Shown: positions 18,959-28,808 of the stretch, piece by piece
Position numbering within the stretch: position 1 is the first letter of the stretch
Layout of the letters: the number at the start of each line of letters is the position of its first letter
Program-made: the position numbers and the translations under genes
The notes under the pieces: model-generated
What the model was told of the DNA's origin: nothing
What the model saw: the letters and a program-made list of their open reading frames with translations, nothing else
The model's database searches: none
Assembly: GCA_049692125.1 (NCBI GenBank)
Contig: JBAVOO010000057.1
Span: forward strand, 2,421-66,420
Length of the DNA stretch: 64,000 nt
Direction of reading: 5' to 3'
Source of the DNA: Verrucomicrobiia bacterium
GTDB taxonomy: Bacteria > Verrucomicrobiota > Verrucomicrobiia > Limisphaerales > UBA11358

Positions 18959-19758
18959 AACTCCTTTTCTCCGAACAAAACTCCGATTACGAGCATTACC
19001 AGTTTCCCTACGCCATTTGGGCCGTGCCGGAGGCGGGCGAAACGCCGTCGGACATCTTCAACGCCGGCTTCCTGCCGTCGTCGCGCAACCTTGACCGCTT
19101 TTACCTCTGCCGCCAGGTGCGCGTGAACCTCGCGAAGTTCAAGCCATCATCCGAAAACCGCCGCATCCTCCGCAAAGGCGCAGACATTGAGGTGAAGCTC
19201 GTGCCGCGCGACAAATATAATTACACGCAGGAGCGCCGTGAATTTTTCAAGACCTACGCCGACATCAAATTCGGCAAGGACGTGATGACATTCGAGCGGC
19301 TCGACGCATTGTTCGCTTCGCCCATCATTTCGCATCTGCTCGTGTTCACGGACACGAAGACCGGCGCGGAAGTCGGCGTGGCGACCCTTTATCTCGAAGG
19401 CAAGGCGCTGGCGTTTTACTATTACGCGTTTTACGACCTGAATTATTACGCGCGCAATCTGGGCATGTTCATGATGACCTCGGCGGCAGCGCTGTTTGCC
19501 GAGCGCGGTTTCAAGCACCTCTACCTCGGCACGTGCTATTCGCAAACGGCGCTCTACAAAACCCAGTTTGCCGGCGCGGAATTTTTCAACGGCTTCCGCT
19601 GGTCGGGCGACCTGGACGAATTGAAATTCATCATCAAGCGCGACAAAAAGGACCTCACCCAGCACCTGCTGGAAACCGAGGAATACCGCAAAGAATTTTA
19701 CGACGGAGACCTCGAAAAAATCCGCGCGGCGAGTGAATTTCGGGTCAAGGTGAAGTAA
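18955..19758 (+). CDS. arginyl/leucyl-tRNA-protein transferase family (ATE/Bpt-like)
   Basis: HLYLGTCYSQTALYKTQFAGAEFF resembles the ATE_C signature (YLGY....KM.YK..F.P.E). Start overlaps the alr stop. Confidence 0.6.
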   Translation: MKLLFSEQNSDYEHYQFPYAIWAVPEAGETPSDIFNAGFLPSSRNLDRFYLCRQVRVNLAKFKPSSENRRILRKGADIEVKLVPRDKYNYTQERREFFKTYADIKFGKDVMTFERLDALFASPIISHLLVFTDTKTGAEVGVATLYLEGKALAFYYYAFYDLNYYARNLGMFMMTSAAALFAERGFKHLYLGTCYSQTALYKTQFAGAEFFNGFRWSGDLDELKFIIKRDKKDLTQHLLETEEYRKEFYDGDLEKIRAASEFRVKVK

Positions 19759-19933
19759 GAACCTGTCGCCGTTGGAGGCGGCCCCGAGCACTCGCGATGC
19801 CCCTGAAGGCCCGGCCTTGATCTGGCCAGGCACTACAGCGAATTATCTTTGATCTGGTTGTTCGAGCCTGATTTCCGACCGGTGCATCGGATCATTTCGT
19901 TTGGCGCCCCAAGAATTCCTGGCAGGGCTTTTA

Positions 19934-20362
19934 TTAAGACGAAGCAGCAACAGGCCTGGATCCGGGTTTGCCCGGCGCTTTTGAGGCCCCCGACAGCTGA
20001 CACAGCAACTTTTCCACTTTTGAGACAAGTTGTTCTGCATCGAACGGTTTTATGACATAATCGGTGGCACCAGACTCATACCCGACGAGCCGGCTGATAT
20101 GGCTGCATAAACCGGTCAACATGAGAACCGGGATGGAGGCTGTGGCGGGATTCCCCCGCAAGGTTTCGCAAACAGCGAACCCGTCCAATTCGGGCATCAT
20201 CACATCCAGCACAATCAAATCGGGTGACACCGTCTGGGCCTTTTTGAGCGCGTCAATGCCATTGGTGGCCGTGCCAATGGCAAAACCTGCATTTTTTAAA
20301 GTGAAGCGTATCACTTCAAGCTGATCCGGGTCATCCTCCACCACCAGTATTTTTTTTCGCAT
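19934..20362 (-). CDS. stand-alone response regulator receiver (REC) protein
   Basis: MRKKILVVEDDPDQ...DLIVLDVMMPELDG...LMLT...DYVIKPF, a canonical CheY-like receiver. Confidence 0.85.
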   Translation of the reverse strand: MRKKILVVEDDPDQLEVIRFTLKNAGFAIGTATNGIDALKKAQTVSPDLIVLDVMMPELDGFAVCETLRGNPATASIPVLMLTGLCSHISRLVGYESGATDYVIKPFDAEQLVSKVEKLLCQLSGASKAPGKPGSRPVAASS

Positions 20363-20640
20363 AGGAACTTGGTTAACATGTGCAAACACGTTCAACGCCG
20401 AAAACACCACGGTACGGTGCAAATAAACGCCGGTCGCGAATTAGCATGAATTATGCCATCAATGGCCCAAAAGTTGACACCGCGCGCTTCCTTGTTTCAG
20501 GGAATCCGGGAACCGCGACAAAACCACCGACGCGAGCGGGTTTCGGATGAAAGTGGATTGAAACGTTACAGCAAAGACCGCAGAACAGGTTCAAAAAGGG
20601 TTCCGGCGAATTCACGCAGATCGGAAGTTTGCCAGGAAAA

Positions 20641-21993
20641 TCAGCCCGATTTTTTGTTGCATGCGTCTTTTAGACGTCTAATCAAGTCGGCAGGAACGCG
20701 AAATATAAACTCCTTACCTCGTTTACCTTTCTCCAGGAAATTGTGGTCGGACAGCGTCAAAAGGTCTGCCCGTGCAGTCGCATAGACCACATTATGCCGG
20801 GCGCGGTGTTCTGTAACGGTGTAACGTTGTCCCGGATGTTTCAGTGCGTGAACGAGAATTGCCTGTTGACGATGGTTTAGCCAATCCAGACGGTCAATGA
20901 ATCCCCGGCTTTCTTCGACTTCGTGCGTTTTATGGTCGATATAATCATGCAGTTCTCTGATCGCTTTTCGGATGACTTCCACCTGCTGAATGAGAAAATA
21001 AGTCAAATCGTTCTCATCCGTTTCCGCATACAGAAATGCCATGCCGTACTGAACAGGGGCTTTGAGAATGATTTTTGAAATGGAAATGAATTCAAACAGC
21101 CAAAAATCATTCCTCAGCATCGCCCAATAAAACAAAGCCCGCGCGGTGCGTCCGTTTCCATCAACAAACGGATGATCATAAGCCAGCCAGAAGTGCAGGA
21201 TGATGGCTCGAATCACGGGATTGATAAAACAATCGGGAGTTTCTCCGTTGGCAAAACGGCACATGGCTTCAAGGCGCGCCGGCAATTCCGACGCGGGAGG
21301 CGGAACATGGAAAACGGCTCCCTCAATTTGATCCCCAACATCGACCAGTTCATCCGGCCTTCGCAACCGTCCGGCGGCGTCGGGTTTGTCGAGCGCCCCC
21401 GCGCCAATCATGCGTTGCAGTTCAATCACGATTTCAGGCGTGAGCGGCGTTCCGCGCAACTCCCGGATGCGTTGCATGGTCAGATAATTATTGAGAATCA
21501 TCTGCTCGCCCTTGTCGCGCGGTCTGCGGCCGCTGCTCAACATTTGCTTGGCCACTTCGCGGGTGGTCGCCGCTCCCTCTAGCTGGCTGGAAGTGATGGC
21601 CTCCTCAAACAGCGAGCGCATCAAATAACGGTCCCGCGTTTGCGGGTTTGTCACCGGTTCGGTTGAACCGACGATGGCGCCCGACTTCTGGGCGATATGA
21701 TGAAGCTGTTCCGCCACAGAATCAGGGATGCTGAATTCAAACGGCCTCCCTTGTTTGTCTTTGAGGGGAATTTTCCGCCTGCCCGACATCCGCCGAAGTT
21801 TCATGGCCAGCCACCATTCTTCAGAAGACAACCCCAGCGGCGGAGTCCGGTGGCGCAATTCATCCCAGTGGAGGTATTCGTGTTTTTTCGGCGGCGTCTC
21901 GGTGGAGGCTTTGATGACCGCTTCCAACCGATTATGCTTCATCCCGTTCTTCAACAATTCATCGAACGGCTTTGGCTTGGCCGGAATTTTCAT
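20641..21993 (-). CDS. Fic-family protein (AMPylase-type) with N-terminal inhibitory-helix motif
   Basis: HPFVDGNGRTARALFYW Fic motif. The upstream ITSSQLEGAATT fits the (S/T)xxxE(G/N) inhibitory motif. Extended C-terminal tail. Confidence 0.9.
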   Translation of the reverse strand: MKIPAKPKPFDELLKNGMKHNRLEAVIKASTETPPKKHEYLHWDELRHRTPPLGLSSEEWWLAMKLRRMSGRRKIPLKDKQGRPFEFSIPDSVAEQLHHIAQKSGAIVGSTEPVTNPQTRDRYLMRSLFEEAITSSQLEGAATTREVAKQMLSSGRRPRDKGEQMILNNYLTMQRIRELRGTPLTPEIVIELQRMIGAGALDKPDAAGRLRRPDELVDVGDQIEGAVFHVPPPASELPARLEAMCRFANGETPDCFINPVIRAIILHFWLAYDHPFVDGNGRTARALFYWAMLRNDFWLFEFISISKIILKAPVQYGMAFLYAETDENDLTYFLIQQVEVIRKAIRELHDYIDHKTHEVEESRGFIDRLDWLNHRQQAILVHALKHPGQRYTVTEHRARHNVVYATARADLLTLSDHNFLEKGKRGKEFIFRVPADLIRRLKDACNKKSG

Positions 21994-22016
21994 ATTTTTA
22001 ACATTAAAGTGCCGTT

Positions 22017-22111
22017 GTTATCAAAATATTATCAAAATCTATTAAATTGATAGATTAAAAATCCGCCACCGTCAACTATCAAATTGATTGATTTTGATAG
22101 TTAATTGATAG
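22017..22111. promoter_or_regulatory. array of six TATCAA(A)/TTGATAG boxes immediately upstream of fic
   Basis: TATCAAA at about 22019, 22030 and 22077. TTGATAG at about 22047, 22094 and 22105. Includes the palindrome ctatcaaa-N9-tttgatag. AT-rich. Confidence 0.5.
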
Positions 22112-22292
22112 TTCCGTCGCTGAGAATTCCAGGCATGGTCACGTCCTGCATCGACGCGAGCGCGCTGCACGGGTGTCGGGCCGCGGAGCAGGTCAAAAAG
22201 GGTTTGGACGGAGTCATGCGGGTCGGGAGTTTGCCGAACGAAGGCAATGAGGCAAGCGAGTTTCGGGTGAAGGTGAAGCGAAAATTTGCGAC

Positions 22293-22709
22293 TTAAATAT
22301 TTAAGGAACGAATCAGCTCTGTGCTCGCTTCAGAATCGAAAGCTTTGGCTTCTAGTATCATTTGATACATGGAATTGATAAATTGTTCCGCTGCGGTTGC
22401 ATACAAAACGATAGCTATGTCTTTTTTCCCTTTTCTCCAAAAATTTACAGCCTCATTCAAAAACTCTTCGTCGATTGTCCAACATACTTTCATTTTCTGA
22501 ATGGCTTCGTGTTCGTGTTCCAAAATAAGACGGACCCATGTCTCTGGATTTTTGAGATGTTCTTCTTTGAGAATTTTCTGGCGAGCCAAAATCAAAAATA
22601 CGTTTGGAATTGCAAAATTGACAAGAGCTTTAGCTAAAGATTTTGGAATATGAACTTTCGTCGGAGATTTCATGTTGCTCACCAAACCACTTTCCAAAAT
22701 TCCCATCAA
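22293..22709 (-). CDS. hypothetical protein (AT-rich, no recognised family)
   Basis: 138-aa ORF kept open in AT-rich DNA. Same orientation as fic and the REC gene. Confidence 0.4.
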   Translation of the reverse strand: MMGILESGLVSNMKSPTKVHIPKSLAKALVNFAIPNVFLILARQKILKEEHLKNPETWVRLILEHEHEAIQKMKVCWTIDEEFLNEAVNFWRKGKKDIAIVLYATAAEQFINSMYQMILEAKAFDSEASTELIRSLNI

Positions 22710-22777
22710 GCATTATCGGTTCATTTGCGCTTTGTTCAGTTGAAGTTGCGCAGTTCATCGGCTATGCTGTTCCACCT

Positions 22778-24154
22778 ATGACTTTGACGGAAAAAATTCT
22801 TGCCCGGGCCGCCGGCAAGCCGCGCGTGCAGGCCGGCGACAACATCTGGGTGAACGCCGACGTGCTCATGACCCACGACGTTTGCGGGCCGGGCACAATC
22901 GGCGTGTTCAAGCGCGAATTCGGCAAGACCGCCATGGTCTGGGACAAAGCCAAAATCGTCATCATCCCCGACCACTACATTTTCACCGCCGACTCGCTCT
23001 CGAACCGCAACGTGGACATCCTCCGCGATTTCGTCCGCGAACAGGGCATCCCGTATTTCTACGACGTGATTGATAATCCGAACGGCTCGTGGAAGTTCGA
23101 TGCCGCCAGGGGCAATTTGAAACGGCAGTTTGGTTCGCATTACGCCGGCGTCTGTCACACGGCATTGCCGGCCAAGGGCCACACGCGGCCGGGCGAAATT
23201 TTGTTCGGCACCGACTCGCACACGTGCATGGCCGGCGCGTTCAATTTGTTCGCCACCGGCATCGGCAACACCGACGCCGGTTTCGTCATGGGCACCGGCA
23301 AGCTGCTCATCAAGGTTCCCGAAACGATGCATTTCCGGCTCGAAGGCCGGTTGCAGCCCGGCGTGATGGCCAAGGACGTGATCCTTCATTGCATCGGCGA
23401 AATTGGTTTCGACGGCGCAACGTATCGCGCCATGCAATTTGATGGCCCCGGCGCGGCGTCGCTTGCCATGGACGACCGTATGACCGTCGCCAACATGGCC
23501 ATCGAAGCGGGCGGCAAGAACTGCATTTTTGAATTCGATTCGCGCACGGCGGAATACGTGGACGCACGCGTGAAATTGAACGGCACGAAATCCGCCTACG
23601 AACCCGTCACGCCGGACAAAAAACAAAAGTTCGTCTATGAACTCGTCGTGAACCTCGACCGGCTCGAACCGACGGTGGCGTGTCATCCCAATCCCGGCCA
23701 GCGCAAGAAGGCGAAGGAGCTTGGCCACATCAAGCTCGACCGTGCCTACGTCGGCTCCTGCACCGGCGGCAAGACGAGCGACTTCGTTGAGTTCGCGCGC
23801 GTGTTGCGCGGGAAGCACGTCAAAATTGACACGTTCGGTGTGCCCGCGACACCGGAGATCGTCGGCGATTTGCAGACGACCTACTGGGGCAACCAGACGA
23901 TCTGGGAGATTCTTGTGAGCGCGGGCGTGCAAATGACGGAGAACGCCGGTTGCGCCGCGTGCCTCGGCGGGCCGGTGGACACGTTTGGCCGCATCAACAA
24001 GGCCGGCATCAAGTGCATCAGCGCCACCAACCGGAATTTCCCCGGTCGCATGGGCAACAAGGAATCGCAGGTGTTCCTCGCCTCACCGGCCACTGTGGCC
24101 GCGAGCGCGATTGCCGGAAAGATCGTGGACCCGCGCGAGTATTTGGAAAGTTAG
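22778..24154 (+). CDS. leuC: aconitase-family dehydratase large subunit (3-isopropylmalate/homoaconitate dehydratase, LeuC-like)
   Basis: MTLTEKILARAAGK...MTHDVCGPG...GTDSHTCMAGAFN...GSCTGG...NRNFPGRMG, aconitase catalytic motifs. Confidence 0.8.
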   Translation: MTLTEKILARAAGKPRVQAGDNIWVNADVLMTHDVCGPGTIGVFKREFGKTAMVWDKAKIVIIPDHYIFTADSLSNRNVDILRDFVREQGIPYFYDVIDNPNGSWKFDAARGNLKRQFGSHYAGVCHTALPAKGHTRPGEILFGTDSHTCMAGAFNLFATGIGNTDAGFVMGTGKLLIKVPETMHFRLEGRLQPGVMAKDVILHCIGEIGFDGATYRAMQFDGPGAASLAMDDRMTVANMAIEAGGKNCIFEFDSRTAEYVDARVKLNGTKSAYEPVTPDKKQKFVYELVVNLDRLEPTVACHPNPGQRKKAKELGHIKLDRAYVGSCTGGKTSDFVEFARVLRGKHVKIDTFGVPATPEIVGDLQTTYWGNQTIWEILVSAGVQMTENAGCAACLGGPVDTFGRINKAGIKCISATNRNFPGRMGNKESQVFLASPATVAASAIAGKIVDPREYLES

Positions 24155-24189
24155 AAACATTTGCGAGCGCGCGCCGGCACGCCAGCCAA

Positions 24190-24912
24190 TCACTTCCGGC
24201 TGAACCCATCCAGTTCGGCGATGAAGGCATCCGAGCCACCACGAGAGTATCCCACCTGCCGTCCGATTTCCTTGCCCGAAGAGTTCAACACCACCAGCGT
24301 GGGAAAACCGCTGACGCGAAATCTGTCTTTTAGCTCCTGATTGGCCTGCTCGAGCACGCTGCTTTGCATCGTGTGGCGCGGGAAGTCCGCCAACACCAGC
24401 ACCAGTTTGCTTTCGGCATAGGCGGCGAACTTGCCGGTTGACAACACATCTTCGTCAAATTTGATGCACCACGGACACCAGTCGGAACCGGTGAAGTCAA
24501 TGAGCACCATTTTGTTTCCCGCCTTGGCACGGGCCAGGGCCTGGGGAAAGTCCAGACTCCAGGTCAGTCCTGATGCCTGCACCAGGCTTTCGCCAGCCAG
24601 TGGTTGGGAAGAAGATTTGCCGACCACCTGATTGTGGAATTGGGTGTTGGCCGCAGCCTGCTTTTGTTCCACTTCGCTTGCCTTCGTCGGATTGTAACCG
24701 AAATGCTTCTGTAGCTCCGGGGAAAGTTGCTTTAATTTCGCATTGCCCATCCCGCCAGCGTAAGTGAAATAAATGTCCGTGGCGGTGACAGTCGTAACGG
24801 TCACATTGCTATAAGTATTGATGCCCGCCTTGAGTACCGGCAGCTTTTCATCCGCCCGCGCGACCCAGACCGCAACGATCAAACTGAACGCGATGAAACC
24901 TTTGGCGCGCAT
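24190..24912 (-). CDS. secreted thioredoxin-fold protein
   Basis: Signal peptide MRAKGFIAFSLIVAVWVARA. The motif DFTGSDWCPWC contains a CxxC. Confidence 0.75.
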   Translation of the reverse strand: MRAKGFIAFSLIVAVWVARADEKLPVLKAGINTYSNVTVTTVTATDIYFTYAGGMGNAKLKQLSPELQKHFGYNPTKASEVEQKQAAANTQFHNQVVGKSSSQPLAGESLVQASGLTWSLDFPQALARAKAGNKMVLIDFTGSDWCPWCIKFDEDVLSTGKFAAYAESKLVLVLADFPRHTMQSSVLEQANQELKDRFRVSGFPTLVVLNSSGKEIGRQVGYSRGGSDAFIAELDGFSRK

Positions 24913-24920
24913 ATTCCTAT

Positions 24921-26210
24921 TTACTTCGCCAGATTCGCGCCGAGCAGATAAATCGTGAACGTCGTCCCTTCGCCTGGCCGCGTGTGAACGTGTAATGCGC
25001 CTTTCCCTTCCTTGATGAGCCGTTGCACGATGTTGAGACCGAGGCCGGTCCCCTGGCGCGGGCCTTTGGTGGTGAAGTAAGGCTGGAAAATTTTCGGCAG
25101 CACTTCCGCCGGGATGCCGGGCCCGGTGTCGCGCACCCACAACTTCACCAGCGGAGCGGTATTGTCCATGCTCTCGACGTTCAGCAACCGGTCGTTTGGC
25201 CCGTCCTTGAACTTGGTCAAATCGAGCGGCTCGCGCAAAATTTCACCGCCGACCTCGACGCGATGACTCATCGGCGCGCATTGAAAGGCGTTGACGGTGA
25301 GGTTCAGCAAAATCTGGATGACGTCGGTCCCGTTCATTTTGACGCCAAGGTCTTCGGCCATCGGCTGAACGCCGAATTCGTTGTCGCTCCGGCCGGGATG
25401 AACGCGGATGAGTTGTTCGAGGTCTTTGAACAATTGATTCACGCTCACACGCGGGGCTTCCTCCGATTGGCGGCGGAGAAAACCGAGGTAGCGCCGGGAA
25501 ATTTCCACGCAATTCCCCACCTGCCGCGCGATGATGCGCAGGCGGTCCTTGATGAATTCCAGGTCCTCCATTTCCAGCCGTGAATTGCGATTGAGCCGCT
25601 GGTTGAGCACCTGCACGAAACCGGAAATGACCGTCAACGGGCCGTTGATGTCGTGGATGATGCTGGCGTAAATATCGCCGCGCGTTTTGGCAATTTGCTC
25701 CTCGACCTTCTGGTTTTGCAGTTCGGAAAGCAATTCCTGCACTTTTTCGGCGCTGCTGTGAATTTCGCTTTCGAGCGTGCGCCGTTGCATCGCCTGGCTG
25801 ACGGCGGCGCGGATCGTGGCTAGGTCGAACGGCTTGTTGATGTAATCGCACGCGCGCAGCCGCAACGCCTGACGAATCGTATCCGTCGTTTCAAACGCCG
25901 TCATCATGATCACCTCGGTGCTCGGGTTCACGTATTTGAGGCGTTCCAAAACTTCGATGCCCGACATGCCGGCCATGCGAATGTCCAGCACCGCCACGTC
26001 AATGGGATGCTTCTGCGCCAGCTCAATCGCCGTTGGCCCGTCCTCGGCCATCAGCATATTGTATTCGTCCTTGAAAATGACCCGCAGCGACTGCCGCGGC
26101 CCGTCCTCATCGTCCACCACCAGCAACGTGCCGCGGCGTTTGCGAAACGTCGTGCTGTCCCCCTCAACGGGATTGCTCTTGGCAATCAATGGTTCTGTGG
26201 TCAAAGCCAT
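24921..26210 (-). CDS. hybrid response-regulator/histidine kinase
   Basis: N-terminal REC (LLVVDDEDG...VLDIRMAGMSG...KPF), H-box IIHDINGPL, C-terminal HATPase (DTGPGI...GTGLGL). Confidence 0.85.
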   Translation of the reverse strand: MALTTEPLIAKSNPVEGDSTTFRKRRGTLLVVDDEDGPRQSLRVIFKDEYNMLMAEDGPTAIELAQKHPIDVAVLDIRMAGMSGIEVLERLKYVNPSTEVIMMTAFETTDTIRQALRLRACDYINKPFDLATIRAAVSQAMQRRTLESEIHSSAEKVQELLSELQNQKVEEQIAKTRGDIYASIIHDINGPLTVISGFVQVLNQRLNRNSRLEMEDLEFIKDRLRIIARQVGNCVEISRRYLGFLRRQSEEAPRVSVNQLFKDLEQLIRVHPGRSDNEFGVQPMAEDLGVKMNGTDVIQILLNLTVNAFQCAPMSHRVEVGGEILREPLDLTKFKDGPNDRLLNVESMDNTAPLVKLWVRDTGPGIPAEVLPKIFQPYFTTKGPRQGTGLGLNIVQRLIKEGKGALHVHTRPGEGTTFTIYLLGANLAK

Positions 26211-26286
26211 GTCCGGAAATCAACCTTTCTATTCAATTCAAGCAAAGACGTTGAATGGCGCTACTTTACTCCAATTTTTTTTGCCC

Positions 26287-27606
26287 TCAAGAACAAACCA
26301 ACCGCACCCGCAGCATTTCCAATGCCTGCCACGCCGTGACTTCCTTGAATGTCCCGCGTTCATAAGGATTAAGTTTGCGCTCAACCGCCGTTCCAGACTC
26401 TCCGGCCAGCCCGATGAAAACCGTCCCCACCGGTTTTTCCTTTGTTCCGCCGTCCGGCCCGGCGATGCCCGTGACGGCAAGGGCAAAATCCGCGCCAGTT
26501 TGTTGGCGTGCGCCTTCGGCCATTTCGCGCGCCACCGCTTCGCTCACCGCGCCGTGGGCCGCCAGCGTTTCAGCGCGAACGCCAAGAAATTTCCGCTTCG
26601 ATTCATTGCTGTAAGTCACGAATCCACCCAGAAAAACCGCCGACGCGCCCGGCACATTCGTCACGCAATGCGCGAGGCGACCACCGGTGCAGGACTCGGC
26701 CAGTGCCAAAGTTTTCTTCCGTCCGGTCAAAAGCCGGACGACGACCGTTTCCATTTCCTCATCGTCAAAACCGTAAATTTGCGCGCCCAGAATTTTTTGA
26801 ACGACCGCTTCCGCCGCGCGGACAATTTTCTTGCCGTTCCCGCCGCGCGCCGACAATCGCACGTCCACCTGCCCCGTCCGCGCGCAATAGCCGATTTCCA
26901 GCCCGGCAGCCACAAGTGCGCCCAACGGCGCCGCGATTTTTTCCTGCACCAGAGACTCGGCGATGCCGCTCGTCCGCAACGTGCGGCAGATAAACGGCGC
27001 ATCCAGCGGGAATTCGCGCCGGAGCAATGGCACGACAAAATTGTCGAACATCGGGCGCAACTCGCGCGGCGGGCCGGGCAGCATCACCAGCCATTTGGCG
27101 TCTTGGTTCTGGGCCATTGGGTCTGGGGAAATCCGCTCGCTGGTTTGCGGCTTCCCAGACGCTAGACCCCAGACGCCAGACCCAACTTTCATCGCCAGCC
27201 CCGGCGCGGTGCCGTTCGGATTGGCCAGCACCAACGCGTCTTCGGGCACCAGTGCCTGGACTTCGTTGTTTTTCGGCATCGGCAGGTTGCGCGCCGCAAA
27301 ACGCCTCTGGATGTGGTCGAGCACCGCGTCGTCGAGCCGCAATTTTTTGCCGAGAAGCTTCGCAATCAAATCCCGCGTCAAATCATCGGAAGTTGGGCCG
27401 AGCCCGCCGGTGGTGACGATCAAATCCGCGCGGTTCAAAGCTTCACGAACGGCGGATTGGATGTCGTGCGCCGTGTCCGGCACGGCCACCTGGCGTGTCA
27501 CGACATAACCGAGATCGGCGAGGTGGCGGCAGAGCCATTGCTGGTGCGTGTTGAGCACGCGACCGAGCATCAATTCGCTGCCGGTGTTGAGTAGTTCGAT
27601 GTTCAC
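26287..27606 (-). CDS. cinA: CinA-family competence/damage-inducible protein (MoCF + PncC-like amidohydrolase)
   Basis: NIELLNTGSELMLGRVLNTHQ...TTGGLGPTSDDLT. C-terminal CinA domain ESCTGG. GTG start at 27606. Confidence 0.85.
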   Translation of the reverse strand: MNIELLNTGSELMLGRVLNTHQQWLCRHLADLGYVVTRQVAVPDTAHDIQSAVREALNRADLIVTTGGLGPTSDDLTRDLIAKLLGKKLRLDDAVLDHIQRRFAARNLPMPKNNEVQALVPEDALVLANPNGTAPGLAMKVGSGVWGLASGKPQTSERISPDPMAQNQDAKWLVMLPGPPRELRPMFDNFVVPLLRREFPLDAPFICRTLRTSGIAESLVQEKIAAPLGALVAAGLEIGYCARTGQVDVRLSARGGNGKKIVRAAEAVVQKILGAQIYGFDDEEMETVVVRLLTGRKKTLALAESCTGGRLAHCVTNVPGASAVFLGGFVTYSNESKRKFLGVRAETLAAHGAVSEAVAREMAEGARQQTGADFALAVTGIAGPDGGTKEKPVGTVFIGLAGESGTAVERKLNPYERGTFKEVTAWQALEMLRVRLVCS

Positions 27607-27736
27607 CCGCGGGAGTTTCCGCGCCGGGACGATGCGTGGCAAGTTTTTGCGTTTGGAATCCGGCCTTCACGCGGCAAAAAAACAAGGCCGCTCGGACCGT
27701 CCCGCCGGGCGGGACGGAACTCCAAACAACCGTGCT

Positions 27737-28588
27737 TCACTGTTCTCTGGGCGGTCTGGGCTTGCGGATTTCGGCATTGAAGTTCCCGGTGATGTAACTT
27801 TTCTCGGCGTCCGGCGTGCACAGATAAACTTTCCCCGGCAGATGATTGTTGTCCAGCAGGCCGAACTCGATCCGCAGCGCGTAGCCGTTCGTGAAATTTT
27901 CCCGCAGGGACAGGTTGCCTTCCTTCCAACGCAATATGACACGCGCCGCCTTTTCCGCGTTGGTGGCGACATTGATGGACTGTCCGGTGAGCGCTTCGGG
28001 CAACACACCGCCGAAATTGATCATCGCGCCCAAATCCGTCGCGCCGCGCAACGTCAGCAGGCCCCCCTGCAAAATCGCGCGGTCGCAAATAAAGTCCCGT
28101 CCGTGGATGCGCCCCGCCACTGTCGAATCAGGAATCGTCACTGCGGCGAGATCCAACATCCAACTCGCATCATTTGCCGGCGGTGCGACGACGACGGGTT
28201 TGGGCGGTGGCGGCGGCCTGACGGGCTTTTGAGGTTGGGATGGCCCTGGCGCGCCTTGCCCGCCGGCGGACTTGAAAATCCTTCCATGGAACGCAAACAA
28301 GACCGCCGCTGCGACGCAGAACAAAACGATAAAAATAATCGCCGGCAGGGGAAAACTTTTTTCGGGCATGGGCGCGGGCATCGCCTCCACATTCGCCACC
28401 ACGGTCGGAATGGGACGTTCGCCCACTTTCGTGCCCGTTAAGATAAATTTCGGGTCGTCCGTCGCGGGCGCTTGCGGGGCGGTGATTTTCTGGAAGCACG
28501 TCGGGCATTCCATCACCGTGCCGCTCTGCGACGAGTCGCACTTCATGTGCTGGCCGCACACCGGACATGCATATTTGAATTCGCTCAT
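27737..28588 (-). CDS. hypothetical zinc-ribbon membrane protein
   Basis: CPVCGQH...CPTC, one TM helix, Pro-rich linker. No family recognised. Confidence 0.55.
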   Translation of the reverse strand: MSEFKYACPVCGQHMKCDSSQSGTVMECPTCFQKITAPQAPATDDPKFILTGTKVGERPIPTVVANVEAMPAPMPEKSFPLPAIIFIVLFCVAAAVLFAFHGRIFKSAGGQGAPGPSQPQKPVRPPPPPKPVVVAPPANDASWMLDLAAVTIPDSTVAGRIHGRDFICDRAILQGGLLTLRGATDLGAMINFGGVLPEALTGQSINVATNAEKAARVILRWKEGNLSLRENFTNGYALRIEFGLLDNNHLPGKVYLCTPDAEKSYITGNFNAEIRKPRPPREQ

Positions 28589-28808
28589 GGCTGTCTGACA
28601 AACATTTCATATCCGCCGGCATTCGGCAACGCGGTTTTTTATCGTCTCAATCCTGGTCCTAATCTTAATCGTAATCATTGGTTCAAAGCCGATTAAGATG
28701 ACGAGGGCGATTATGATTAAGATTTTGCCTCGTGTTTGTGGTTGAATTTTGCCGCCGCATCTCAAAACCTGTGTTCATCCGCGTTCATCAGCGGTTTAAT
28801 TAAAGCTC

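Noticed and set aside
22105-22296. 63-aa + strand ORF ending ...ASEFRVKVKRKFAT.
   Set aside because: It is most likely not a gene. I interpret its 3' end as the displaced copy of the upstream gene's terminus (see the direct-repeat finding), not as an independent CDS.
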